A DNA stretch of 64,000 nt from the NCBI RefSeq assembly GCF_009914755.1, contig NC_060932.1. One strand, given 5' to 3'. The notes below the pieces were generated by a model. The model ran no database searches. It worked only from the letters and a program-made list of their open reading frames with translations, and was not told the origin of the DNA. The DNA comes from the human T2T-CHM13v2.0 reference genome, Homo sapiens. Below, in pieces: positions 25,990 to 39,550 of this stretch (position 1 is its first letter; each line of letters begins with the position of its first letter). A program made the position numbers and the translations under genes.

Positions 25990-26404
25990 CAGATCACCGG
26001 CATCAGGGTCACCTGTGCTCAGCCATCGGACTCGCCGATTTTCTCCCCATTCTTACGGCCCAATTGGAACATTGTAGGGAAAGGATGATTTCTAGGAGCC
26101 AGAGAGTTATGATTTCTTCATGATGTACCTGAAAGGACTTAATTTAAGATTGGCTAAGTTTCTTCTCTTTGTACTATTTTCCATAATTTTCAACCTTTTC
26201 ACTCTACCTTTGTATTTTGCAAAGAAAAAGTATTGCTATTTCCCAATAAGAATGACCTCATCATTGTATCACTAGATTAAAAGAAATATTCAGAACATGT
26301 GGGATGAAGTAGCTGTAGAGGTTTCGCTTTCTAAGTTTGGAGGTGGGTTGGGTGCTTTCATTCGCTGACCAGAGGGACTGCTCAGGTCAGGCAGTGGTGG
26401 GAGA

Positions 26405-27310
26405 GCCTGCACAGTGTTTCTTCCTGTGTAGCACCCGCCTCTCAGCTCGCACGGTGTTTCTTCAGGTGTAGTACCAGCCTCTCAGTTTGGCAGCGTTCCT
26501 CTTGGCTCGCACGGTGTTTCTTCAGGTGTAGTACCAGCCTGTCAGTTTGCACAGTGTTTCTCTCTGCTTGCACGGCATTTCTTTGGGTGCAGCACCAGCC
26601 TCTCGGTTGTTTGCATGCCGTTTCTTTGTGCATAGCACCCACCTCTTGGCTTGTACCGTGTTTCTTTGTGCGTAGCACCAGCCTCTCGGTTCTTTGCATG
26701 GTTTCTTTGTGCGTAGCGCCAGCCTCTCGGTTGTTTGCCCGGTGTTTCTTTGGCCATAGCACCTGCCTCTTGGTTGTTTGCACGGTGTTTCTTTGTGCAT
26801 AGTACCCGCCTCTCTGCTTGCACGGTGTTTCTTTGTGCGCAGCACGCGCCTCTCTGCTTACACGGTGTTTCTTTGTGCACAGCACCAGCCTCTCGGTTGT
26901 TTGCCCGGTGTTTCTTTGGCCATAGCACCTGCCTCTCGGTTGTTTGCCCGGTGTTTCTTTGGCCATAGCACCTGCCTCTTGGTTGTTTGCATGGTGTTTC
27001 TTTGTGTGCAGCACGCGCCTCTCTGCTTACACGGTGTTTCTTTGTGCATAGCACCAGCCTCTCGGTTGTTTGCCCGGTGTTTCTTTGGCCATAGCACCTG
27101 CCTCTCGGTTGTTTGCACGGTGTTTCTTTGTGCGCAGCACCCGCCTCTCTGCTTACATGGTGTTTCTTTGTGCATAGCACCAGCCTCTCGGTTGTTTGCA
27201 CAGTGTTTCTTTGGCCATAGCACCAGCCTCTCGGTTGTTTGCATGGCGTTTCTTTGTGCACAGCACCCGCCTCTCAGCTTGCATGGTGTTTCTTTGTGTG
27301 TAGCACCAGA
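26405..27310 (+). repeat. 40-44-bp minisatellite (cggtgtttctttgtgcatagcaccagcctctcggttgtttgca), ~21 units
   Basis: Direct reading; long and short unit variants are interleaved. Confidence 0.95.
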
Positions 27311-27605
27311 CTCTTGGTGAGGGGAGCAGCTGCCCTCCTCCGGCAGCTTCTCCCTGACTTAGCTCATGGGATGAGCCTCCTGTAGTGACCAGGCTGCATC
27401 CGTCTCACCTGTGCCCAGAGGTGATGCTGGGTTCCCCATGTGTGAGTGCTCCCTCCGAGGCCACCTGATGACCTGGGAACGTCTAGGGGTCCTGGCATGG
27501 GATGATGGTGGGAGCTCATACCTGCTTCCCACTTGCGCTCCAGGAGGGCATGCCTGCCATGCCCTTGGTGATGTGTCTGCTGACAAGTCCTTTCTGCATC
27601 CCCAG

Positions 27606-27893
27606 GAGGTGAGGATGGAGCTGGAGCAGAAACCACCCCAGTGGCAGAGCCTACTAAGCTGGTGCTCCCGATGAAAGTCAACCCATATTCTGTCATCGAC
27701 ATCACGCCATTCCAGGAGGACCAGCCGCCCACCCCCGTGCCCAGCGCTGAGGAGGAGAATGTGGGTCTCCATGTGCCCTGCGGGTACTTGGTGCCTGTAC
27801 CCTGCGGCTATGCGGTGCCCTCCAACCTGCCCCTCCTGCTGCCCGCCTACTCCAGCCCGGTCATCATCTGCGCCACGTCCCTGGACGAAGAAG
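27606..27893 (+). CDS. ARHGEF10: ARHGEF10 exon 4 (288 nt), GGEDGAGAETTPVAEPTKLVLPMKVNPYSVIDITPFQED...ATSLDEE
   Basis: Acceptor ctgcatccccag|; donor AAG|gtactg; overlaps ORF 27641..28093; phase 1-1. Confidence 0.96.
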
Positions 27894-27902
27894 GTACTGC
27901 TA

Positions 27903-28233
27903 CCCTCCTCTCCACGCCCCCGAAGTGGCCTGTGGTTCCCTCCTCTCCACGCCCCCGAAGTGGCCTGTGGTTCCCTCCTCTGCATGCCCCGGATGTGGCC
28001 TGTGGTTCCGTAGAGTCCGGGCCTGACCTTCCCCCCTCCTCCTCCTCTCCATGCCCCCGATGTGGCCTGTGGTTCCGTAGAGTCCGGGCCTAACCTTCCC
28101 CCCTCCTCCTCCTCTCCATGCCCCCGATGTGGCCTGTGGTTCCGTAGAGTCTGGGCCTGACCTTCCCTCCTCCTCCTCTCCATGCCCCTGATGTGGCCTG
28201 TGGTTCCGTAGAGTCCGGGCCTGACCTTCCCCC
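27903..28233 (+). repeat. C-rich minisatellite, ~36-bp unit (cctcctctccacgcccccgaagtggcctgtggttcc) lengthening to a ~65-bp unit
   Basis: Begins ~10 nt after the exon 4 donor. Confidence 0.9.
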
Positions 28234-29788
28234 TGCCCCCACCCAGGTCATTAGATGTTTGTTTACAGAGTTGGAAAATGAGCCCCTAGTTCATCTTCAG
28301 TGACAGGAACACCACTGAGGGAAGGCCAGGGTGTATGGTTTGGAAATTTTTGAAACAACGTCTGGTGCCGAATGTGTTGCCCCCTCATGTCTGGGGTGCC
28401 TTGAACTTCACCCCGATCTCTGATTCCCCCACCAGCTGCTCACGGGAGTGTGTGCAGTTTTTGGCCTGTATGACTTACTGTGCTAGATGACAGTTACCGT
28501 TATGTATGTCCCGTGTCACCTGCTTGTCTATAGACTCAGACTCCCTGGGGTCAAAGCGTGTGTCTCGCTGTCTTCATTCCAGAGGATGGAGGGGTGGTGG
28601 GGGTGGGAGAATTGCCTCAGGGGCTCCCTGTTTCCCACTCATGCTTTTCCTCGCCGGGAAGATGCCGCAGGATCTCAGCAGAGTCCTCAGTGGAAGGTCA
28701 GAGCCACCTGGGGCAGCACAAAGGGCTCAGAGTCGGCCACTGAGGACGGTGTTCCCTGTAGCCAGGACATGCTCCGAGCGAGGACTGTGGGTGCCCTCGT
28801 GGGTGCCTCGCTCACCTCCGGTCTCTGTGTCCTCAGCGCTGACAGCTCCATTTCGAGTCTGCTTCCTCCTCCACTTAGTGAGAAGGAGTGGCCATGTGCT
28901 CTAGAAGGGGCTTGGTTGGTGGAGCCCGTTCTCTGCTGTCCTTACATGGCCCTGCCATGTGTAGTCACGCACCAGCTGTGTCTGCAGAGCCCCAGGGTTC
29001 TGCTGGAAGGACAGCGTGCAGTCCGTGGCTGCTTCGACTGCAGCCCAAGGGCTGGGGCCTCCTGCCGGCCCTGCTGTAGGGCCAGGCGCCAGGGTGAGGG
29101 TAAGCACATACCCTGCCTCTGTCTTCAGGAGCGACCCAGTCGAGGCGTCTCAGCCGAAGTTTTCCTTTTTTGCCCAGATCTGTTTCTATGCTGTCTTTCC
29201 CAGGAACGCGCTGCAGGATTCCCAGGGTTCATGGGATGTTCCTCTAATGGAAGCCCACAGCCTCTACGCCTGAGACATGATTCTTATTCCTGTAAAGGTT
29301 TCAGTGGAAGCAGCCTTCCCTTTCCAGTTAATAACAGTTGAGAAAAAAAAATCCTTAAAGAAAAATCTCAATTTTGGATTTTGGGAAACACAGAGGTTTC
29401 AGAATAGACGGCCTCCTGTGCGTTTTCCTGTTGAAGTCGGCCAGAGTCCTCGGAACTCACCACGGTCTGCATGATCCACGCTGCTGTTGTCACTCTGTGA
29501 CCGCGGAGCATGAGAACCCCCTGGAAATGAGGGCGTGCAGAGTGTAGGATTCTTGGCTGAAGGAAAATACGTTTGTTTTAAAGTGATTTTCTTATTTTAA
29601 AATATTATTTGATTATTTAAAATAATTGCATATCATTTAATTTATTTTTAAAATAACTTAGCATGAATTTAAAACAATTTGCTTATTTTTGTTCTGTCAA
29701 CCTAGAGCCAGTAATAAAGCCTTGTTCTAATAAAGACTATTTTAAGTCCCGGAGTAGAGGAGCAGGTGGTTCTCCGGTTGCGTTTTGA

Positions 29789-30790
<1,002 letters not shown>

Positions 30791-31671
30791 TGGATCTTTG
30801 GGTGTTTCTTTGAGGCAGTGTGGCAGTGTGGGAAGGGCAGTTTTTGGAGCAGGCAGATTGGATTTCAGATCCTGGCCCTGTGTCTGCCCTGACACCTGCC
30901 ACTCAGGAAGGTGGCCCGGAACACTGAACCAGCAGATGCATGTGGGATTTGCAGCGCTACCCGCAGATCCACCCCCCCAGCCCCTCGGGCATCTCGTGTC
31001 TGTTGCTAGTCAGCATCCAGCTGTGTGGCAGCTCCTGGTGTGACCAGGGACCTGTTTTCAGGGATGAGACCTCCAAGCAGGTTACATCGAGCTCAGCTGT
31101 CTCCGACTTTGAGCCAACTGCTGCGGTTTGAAAACGGTTGAGAACTGTTGCTCATTCCAAAGATAAATTCCCTTTAGAAAGTGTTTCATGGACAGCTGCC
31201 AGTGTGGCGATGAGCAGCAGCCGCTGAGTGCTGCTGGCTCTCCTTCCCCACATCATTCTTGGTGCCACGCGGCTGGGCGGTGGCAGATTCGTCAAGGGAC
31301 CACGTGGCCCGCACCCACGCAGTACAGCCATCACAGACTCTGGCTGGCTTCTGCCCAGGAGCCCTCCGAGGTGGGAGGGTCTGCTTCTTCTGCACTGGCG
31401 TCTCAGGCTGTCCTTGGATGGTCTAAGTTCGTACCCCACCTGTGTGGAATGTTTGGGAAACCTGCACTGCGGCTTTGCTCACGGCTCACCGTTCACCCTG
31501 GAGAGCCACAGACAGGCAGGGAGGAATCGTCAGGCGGGTCGGACTGCGCGTGTATTTGCGTGTGGAGGGATGTGAGCGTGTGCCAGTGAAAGCTGGTGTC
31601 ACATGTCACAAGCGTAACCACTCCTCTCTTGAACATCTTTTGAGCGTGCCAGGCGGATGCCCCTTCAGGCC

Positions 31672-31845
31672 AGTCACAGCCGTGGCTCCTGTGGACACAT
31701 GGAGTGGGAGAGAACATCCCGTTTCTTTCTAACTCTAGCCTGATGCATCTGGGTGCCGGTCACAGCCGTGGCTCCCATGCACATGTGGAGTGGGAGAGAA
31801 CATCCCGTTTCTTTCTAACTCTAGCCTGATGCATTTGGGTGCTGG
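31672..31845 (+). repeat. 87-bp tandem duplication x2
   Basis: gtcacagccgtggctcc...ggagtgggagagaacatcccgtttctttctaactctagcctgatgcat occurs twice. Confidence 0.9.
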
Positions 31846-32081
31846 TGCAGTTTATTTCTGGCTGTTTCACAAGCCCTCAGTAGATCACATTTTATTAGAT
31901 TCCAGTCTTGAATACATTTTATCTAAGAGCTAAAAATTTTTAAGTTTATTAATCACCCTTATGCTAAGATAAGCCTCTGATTGATAGGAAAGTGTGAAAC
32001 CATTTTTAAGGGTAAAAACATCAACTTCATGAGCATTTTTGTCAGGCGTAAAGCAGCATCACATATTTTCTTTCCCAGCAG

Positions 32082-32145
32082 AAACACCAGAAGTCACAGA
32101 AGATCGCCAGCCCAATTCTCTGAGTTCCGAGGAGCCTCCAACCAG
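32082..32145 (+). CDS. ARHGEF10: ARHGEF10 exon 5 (64 nt; 67 nt if the proximal AG is used, start 32079), (A)ETPEVTEDRQPNSLSSEEPPTS
   Basis: Acceptor ttttctttcccag|cag| (NAGNAG); donor CAG|gtatct; phase 1-2. Confidence 0.93.
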
Positions 32146-32971
32146 GTATCTGCATCCGTCTTCCCACACCTGCTGAATTCCCGCCTTTCTCCTGAGGAGC
32201 TGGACGTGGGGATCCTGGTGTGTGTCCCTGCCCGCCATCCTCAGCTCTGCGCGGCGGGAGCTGTCCCAACCCCACCTCCTGCCTCGGGTCCCTCCCAGGC
32301 GAGTGTCCCTGGAAATGTAGGGTCAGGACGAGTGGACTGAGGGTCTGATAACTGGGTCTGATTTCAGGCGTCCAGGTGTGTCCAGGCTTGGCCCTTGTCA
32401 CGGCCCTGCTGTTGCTTTCCCTCATTTGCTTTTCTCCTTTCTATCATGAAGGCGGCCTTTGCAGGGTAAAGCGTCCCCCGTGAAACCGCCTGCAGGCGGG
32501 TGGGGTATCTGGGGAGCAGCAGCCACTAGAGCAGTGCTCTTGCCCCAGTTTAAACAGAGTTGTGCCACCAGGTAGGTCCAGCCACGGTTCTCCATTAGAA
32601 ATTGCAGATTTTATGTAAAATTAAAAATTAGTGGTAGCGTGTTATCACTGGTGATCTAAAATGTATTGTGAAAAATATGTGCATTGAAAATAGGAATTAT
32701 TTTGAAGAAAATGTATATAGAATGTAGTGTGAGGAAAACCTTAAATGATCTTCAAAAGGATGAAATTTTTCAAACATAGAAATAGTTATGAATAGTTTAA
32801 AATAGTGTTTCTGTTTGATTCAGATTTTCTTTTACCTTTTTAGGTAACTTTTTGTTTTGATATTATTTTAAACTTTAAAAGTGCAAGAATGCTCCTTGGT
32901 GATGTGATAAGTTCTCAGAGCAGGGGGCTGCATCCTAATTTCACAGGTGCACAGCACAGCACACAGGGCGA

Positions 32972-33326
32972 CCCCAGCACCCATGAGGCCATCACCAGGA
33001 CATGGGGCATCCCCCAGCACCCAGGGGGCCGTCACCAGGACACAGGGCATCCCCCAGCACCCATGAGGCCATCACCAGGACACGGGGCATCCCCCAGCAC
33101 CCAGGGGGTGGTCACCAGGACATGGGGCATCCCCCAGCACCCAGGGGGCCATCACCAGGGCATGGGGCATCCCCCAGCACCCAGGGGGCCATCACCAGGA
33201 CACGGGGCATCCCCCAGCACCCATGAGGCCGTCACCAGGACACAGGGCGTCCCCCGGCACCCAGGGGGCCGTCATCAGGGCATGGGGCATCCCGCAGCAC
33301 CCACAGGGCCATCACCAGGACACGGG
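32972..33326 (+). repeat. 39-bp minisatellite (ccccagcacccagggggccatcaccaggacacggggcat), ~9 units
   Basis: Direct reading. Confidence 0.94.
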
Positions 33327-34113
33327 CTCTCTTCCCTCATCCTCAAGGTCCTGCAGGTACCTTGGGGCCTGTTAGAGCTTTTGCTTGAGAAGTCGTCATC
33401 GTGGGGTGCTCTGCACGGATTATCACGTGATTCCGTTAGTGACCCTTCCCATAGGAACATTTTCCGAGGCCTTCCATACACGTCTCTGGGTGCTCACTCT
33501 GCTTCCGGTCTTGGCCTTCCCAGCAGTGTCTCTGCGCTGCCACCGGGCTCATCCTTGCACAGCTCCCCACAGGACGCGGTGTCGGGACGACTGATCCCTG
33601 GTGCATCTCATTTGTCAGCAGTGGTGCCTCTCATGGGGCGATGCTTGGTGTGTGCAGTGAGTCTGACCTCATCATCCTTCCGAGTGGAGCATTCCCGTAG
33701 CTACCCATTGCAAAGGATGACACCGCAGTCCCTGTGTGTGTGGGACTCTGGTGGCCCATGTGACCACCCGCTGGGGGCAGAGCACCATGGTTTATGCTGG
33801 GTGGCCTTGCATCTCTTTCTCCCACTGACCTGCTCCTGGACATGGAGACGGCCCATTGCCCGCTGGCATCTCTCCCACCCAGCGTTGTGAGCAGGGCCTA
33901 AGAGGTCCTCAAAGGGGTGGCTGAAAAACCAGAAGACAGTTCAGGCCTTCTAGGGCAAGGACCGTATTGCGGCTGTATTGCCCTTGCCCGTGTTCTGTGC
34001 CGTGCGTAGGCCAAACATCTGGAATACTTATTTACAGAGTTATGAGTGAAAGCTTGAACTTGGGATGTCCTATAATAATAGCTGGGAAAATATGTGATTT
34101 CCTGTATAGTAAC

Positions 34114-34131
34114 ATATATATATATATTCTG

Positions 34132-34159
<28 letters not shown>
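34114..34159 (+). repeat. Compound (AT)n/(AC)n microsatellite
   Basis: atatatatatatat ttctg acacacac...; ~75 nt upstream of exon 6. Confidence 0.9.
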
Positions 34160-34163
<4 letters not shown>

Positions 34164-34234
34164 CAGGGCAGTTGGCATCCTAGTGACTTGGGCTGTGCCT
34201 GGATATTCTGACTTTATGGTTTGTTTTCTTTAAG

Positions 34235-34311
34235 TGAAGATCAAGTCGGTCGAGAGGACAGCGCACTTGCCCGCTGGGCCGCAGACCCGGCCAACACAGC
34301 CTGGATGGAGA
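34235..34311 (+). CDS. ARHGEF10: ARHGEF10 exon 6 (77 nt), EDQVGREDSALARWAADPANTAWME
   Basis: Acceptor ttgttttctttaag|; donor GAGA|gtaagt; phase 2-1. Confidence 0.94.
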
Positions 34312-36902
34312 GTAAGTTCCCCAGCTGCCCACAGCCAGAATCCTCACCACGCTCCACAGACGTCACTGCGGCGGGGCCGGGTCCCTGAGTCTCAGGTCCC
34401 ATCAGATCTAAAACTCTAAAAAGATGTTTATTTACTGAAAATAGTAACATGGGCTGACTGTGCAGAAGTTTCCCCGGGTTCCCTGAAGCTGTCACTTCCC
34501 GTGAGGCCACCCCAGCTCTCCACGTCCACGCACTCACTCTTCCTGGTCGTTTCTTTCTAGCACAGGCTTTATTATTATGGTAACAGTGAGATATGTGGGT
34601 AACAGAAACTCTGACCTGCAGCCATGGTCAGCCACCACCCACACGCCCACCCTGCGCTTGCCTGTGATTCCCAGGGAGATGCAGTGTCTGGCACCCGTTT
34701 TGAAGAGGGGGCGGGTGGGCCTCCCTTTTTTTTTTTTTTTTGTCCCATACACACTTTATTTTACATAACTTGGTGTTTTCTTTTATCTAATCGTACAAAT
34801 TTAAATGGGGATTCCCGAATAAATGTTTTGTTAATTTACCTTTGGCAGAAACAACAGATTCCAAAACATTTAGTAGCCTCTTATTTATTTGTAACTTAAA
34901 AATAAGTTCTGTAGCGTATTTTTCCAAAACAATAGCCTGAAGCAAATGTGCTTGAAAAGCTAATTGGTAATGATCTGATTAATATCACAGCTTATTTAAG
35001 AGAACTATTACTTAAAGGACAGACTAGACATGTATTTTGACAAAAACACAATTTTTGGTCACGTGAATGATTCGTGTTTAGATTTCAAAAACAGGAAACA
35101 TCCAAAAGTGCATCATTTTATTTATAATCTCACTCCTTGAAATGAGAGCAGTCTGCAACGTAAACAGAGCAAAGAATTCCAAACTCTATTTTTATGTACA
35201 TTTAAACCTGTAGGATTATGTCCCGTCTCTGTGTGGATTAAAGCGAGCGCATTTCCAACACGCGGCTCCAGCTTCCGTACAATTCAGAGTAAACCTAAAG
35301 GCATTCTTTCTCCCTTTAAGTTGGCTGAGCCAGCCCCCCTCCAGGTGGCCAGATCTGCAGTCCCACCTGCGGCTTCAAAGGCTGAAAGATTTTTAGCTAG
35401 ATTTACTTGTTTTTTTTAATTTTTAAAGGAAAAGCAAGATTACTTTCCTGATTATGCCTCTCATTATCCACTGGCTCACTAATTTCTATGTTACTGTTTC
35501 ATATGATCAACTTACAAGGTAGAACCATCTTAGTTACCTCCTGATTATTAAACTGCCTCCTGGAAGTTTTCATTCTGGTTTCAATTATGACGTTGTTAAA
35601 ACAAAGATCTTAGTGTAATTAGATGATTCCGCTGTGTGCCTATTAAAGCAGGATCGTTACAGGATTAAATTATTGTCTTGGCTGTTTGCTAACAGTTTTA
35701 TTTCCGAGGTAAAATTTGTCTGATTTTTTTCTCATTACTCATTTTTATTACCCAGATGGCAGTGAATTGGAATAACTATATTTGGAAATATGATCTCTAA
35801 ACTAGCAGTCTCTGAACATTATCTAAGAGGAGTAGAAATCTTTACTGTGGTTGCAGATAGTAAATGCTATTAAAAGAAAGAGCGTCTGTAATACTGGAGC
35901 TTGACAACAGCAGCAGATAAGGAATTTTCCTGAATTTTTATTTCCTGCTAGTGTGGGGACAGGAGTGGTGGCTGGATGTCAGGGGAGAGTTCGGGTTTGT
36001 TGGTCTCATTTTCTGTCTTATGTGGCTGAGGAAGCGGTTGTCTGTATGTTTTTGATGCAGTCATATGTCATAGTTTGGACGTTCTCTTGCAGGGAGGGCA
36101 CCGCTAGTCAATGAGTGGAACCTCGATTTAAAGGTCTTTTTATGAAACGGATTTTCATGTGAAGCGTGTAACTCTTACAGATATTTGAGTAAACCTCAGG
36201 CTCATTGTTGGTGTCCTGTGTGGTCATCTCATATAGCACGGTTTTGCTTACAGAACTTGCCTTCTTTTTTATGAAACGGTTTCACTTTCACAGAACCCCA
36301 GTGTTGCACGTGATACAGATTGAGAAACACTGTCCTATATGTTTAGCATTTTGATACTTGCTACTACTTTTTACTTTCAGTGGCACAAAATTATGGTGTC
36401 ATTGGTTTATTGGGATGGTTTTCCATTGTATCCAGCACTGATGGGCTCTTTTCTTATTTCTGGAAGTCTGTGTGCCACCGTTGTATTTTTTTGTGCGTCA
36501 GAACGTCAACTTCATAAGCTTAAAATACTCGTCAGAGAGCCATATAGAAGTGTGTAATTGAACACAAAATCATAGAATAAGTTTGACCTGGAAACCATAA
36601 AACTCCTTCCTAGTGACATTTTACAGCTGGTCCATTTAAAGAGACATCCTTCATTCCCAATAAATTATTCTGCCCTAAAAATAATGCTTATGCTTTGGTA
36701 AGGTGCTGTTAGCTACCTTACAGCCCTCATTGTCTACTAGTTGGGACAAAGAACGAAAAAGTAAAAAATAAAAAAAAAACTACCCTTATAAACCAACTTT
36801 TTGAATAATCATGACATCATCGGCGACTGTGGCCCTGTAAAATTTAAATTGCACTAGGTTTTGTTGGTCACTGTTTAAAGTGTTTCTCCCCGTTTATTGC
36901 AG

Positions 36903-36959
36903 ATCCAGAGGAAGCAATTTACGATGACGTTCCAAGGGAAAACTCAGACTCTGAACCAG
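36903..36959 (+). CDS. ARHGEF10: ARHGEF10 exon 7 (57 nt), NPEEAIYDDVPRENSDSEP
   Basis: Acceptor ccccgtttattgcag|; donor CAG|gtttga; phase 1-1. Confidence 0.94.
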
Positions 36960-38532
36960 GTTTGATTTTGTCTGGAATTGATTTGAGGAGATTCAGCTCA
37001 GCAGCCTTTCCCTCTGGATGCCAAAGTGACTATTTAGTGGACGGCCCAGACGTTTTCTGTATTCATGTTTTGTATGTTGCTTCTAGAATGGCTTATTGAT
37101 GTGTGGTGGAATATTGGTGTTTGTGCACATATGTGTGTGTGCTTATAACCCTTGAAATAGGGCAGTTTAATCTTACTTATCCCAAGCAAACAGAGGAGTA
37201 AAGGTACAGAAAATGCCGGCAAAGAGGTAGGAAACACAGAGGCTGAGAAGCAGCAATGTATATCGAATAAATGACATCAGTGAGAAAGTAGAGAGAATCA
37301 GGCAAAGGTAATAGTCAAAGAAATAACTAAGAATTCTCTACAATTAAAGAAAAACATAAATTCTCAGATTTTAGACATAGAGATTCAAAGCAAGATGAAT
37401 TACACGTTGATCCATACCTAGGCCGATGCAATGGAGGCCGCGGAGCACCAGGCCCAGGGTGAATCTCCCGAGAGCAACTGGAGAGAAAACATGGCTGCCT
37501 ACACAGGAACCGCTATTCCACTGACCCACAGGCTGGGGGCGGGTTCTCAAAGCGAAGAAGGACGTGGCTCTTTTAACCTGAGCGGCCACGTCCAGCAAAG
37601 TACAGTCCTTTAGAAAGGGCGATGGGCCGCAGGAGGCAGAGCGGGGGAGCTTGCTGCCCATAGAATCTAAGGAAATAGTTAATGATGCACTCGCTGCAGG
37701 GAAGAGCACACTGAACCACGGAGGAGGTGACAGGGGCCCGGAGGGAGTGGGGAGCCCGGGAAGTGTCGGGCGTGTGGAGAGTCGATACCAGCACCGCTCA
37801 AGACAGCGCTGATAGTGCCGATTGAGTTTCAGATGCAGCCGGAGCCCCAGCCAGTGCCGACTGAAGAGGAGGGTGACCGTTCATGCCGTGTGTTCTGAAG
37901 TTCTGAAGTCGGCATTTTTCAGGGGGAGGATCTTGTTACCGATTTTTTTTTTTTTTTTTTTTTTTTTTGCTATGGATTGGTCCAGTTTGCGTTTTATGGG
38001 TAACTGCTAAGAAAATAGGAATAGATTATTTTAACTTTGAAACCAGTAGTGCAAAACCCAATCTGGTAAATGCAAGAAAATATAAAATAAGAAAGCTTTG
38101 CAAATCATATGAGAAAAGACTGCAAAATAAGTACAAACATATTGGTACGCATAGTAAAGTGCATCCTATTGCCAGTAAAAGAAATCCTCAGATTGGATAA
38201 AATAGCAAAGCTAGCCATAAATTCTTGTGAGAGATACATAAGAGTACAGAAGATTTGTAAGTAAATGGATGGAAAAAGAAATATAATGCAAATTCTAACC
38301 AAAGTATTGTCAGTATAACTATAATAATACACTAAATGTTAAGCCATAAGCAAGGAATAATTCATGAGGAAGATATATAACAGTTCTAAACTCATATGCA
38401 CCTAACAGCATAGCCTTAAGATATATAAGCAAAATATAACAAGGCTTAATCAGAAATATGTAAATACGCTGTTGGGGTGAGAGATTTTAAGAAAACTGTC
38501 TCTGCTATTGACAGATCCTGGACATAAAATCA

Positions 38533-38895
<363 letters not shown>

Positions 38896-39250
38896 TCATA
38901 TACAGATCTTTGAAGCAAGTAGTTCCAGAATATGTATTTTTTTAAACACATGAAATATTTTAAAAAATTAACTATATAGTATGCCTCAAAACAAATATTA
39001 ACAAATGCCAAAGAATGGATGTTCAGACCTTATTTCCTCATAATAACTGAATAAAATCAGTAAAAAAAAATCAATACAAACATTTAGAAATTAAAAATGA
39101 TATACTACTCTGTAACTCATGGTCAAAGATAAAATGGAAATGAAAATATTTTGTCTTGAATAATAATAAAAACATTACATAAACTATATGGGATAGATTT
39201 TAAAGTCTAAGGAATTATAGACATAATGGCATATGTTAATAAAACAGAAT

Positions 39251-39550
39251 GGGCGCGGTGGCTCACACCTGTAATCCCAGCACTTTGGGAGGCCGAGCCG
39301 GGTGGATCATGAGGTCAGGAGTTCAAGACCAGCCTGGCCAAGATGGTGAAACCCCATCTCTACTAAAAGTACAAAAATTAGCCGGGCATGATGGTAGGCA
39401 CCTGTAATTCCAGCTACTCGGGTGGCTGAGACAGAGAATTACTTGAACCCGGGAGGTGGAGGTTGCGGTGAGCCGAGGTTGCACCACTACACTCCAGCCT
39501 GGGCAACAGAGCGAGACTCCCTCTGAAAAAACAAAACAAAACAAACAACA
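39251..39550 (+). mobile_element. Alu (AluS-like)
   Basis: gggcgcggtggctcacacctgtaatcc... with (AAAAC)n tail. Confidence 0.92.

Noticed and set aside
26405-27310. CRISPR-like appearance of the 30-60-bp arrays (also 41135-41568, 42370-43002, 63397-63740)
   Set aside because: Units are head-to-tail with no unique spacers, there are no cas genes, and the context is a human intron.
27912-27931. CTCF-like motif in the post-exon 4 repeat (reverse strand GGCCACTTCGGGGGCG)
   Set aside because: The spacing is one base off and the conserved central AG is missing.
34900-36350. AT-rich, apparently repeat-free stretch of intron 6 as a possible enhancer or hidden exon
   Set aside because: No convincing exon or motif cluster can be supported by eye; conservation and chromatin data would be needed.
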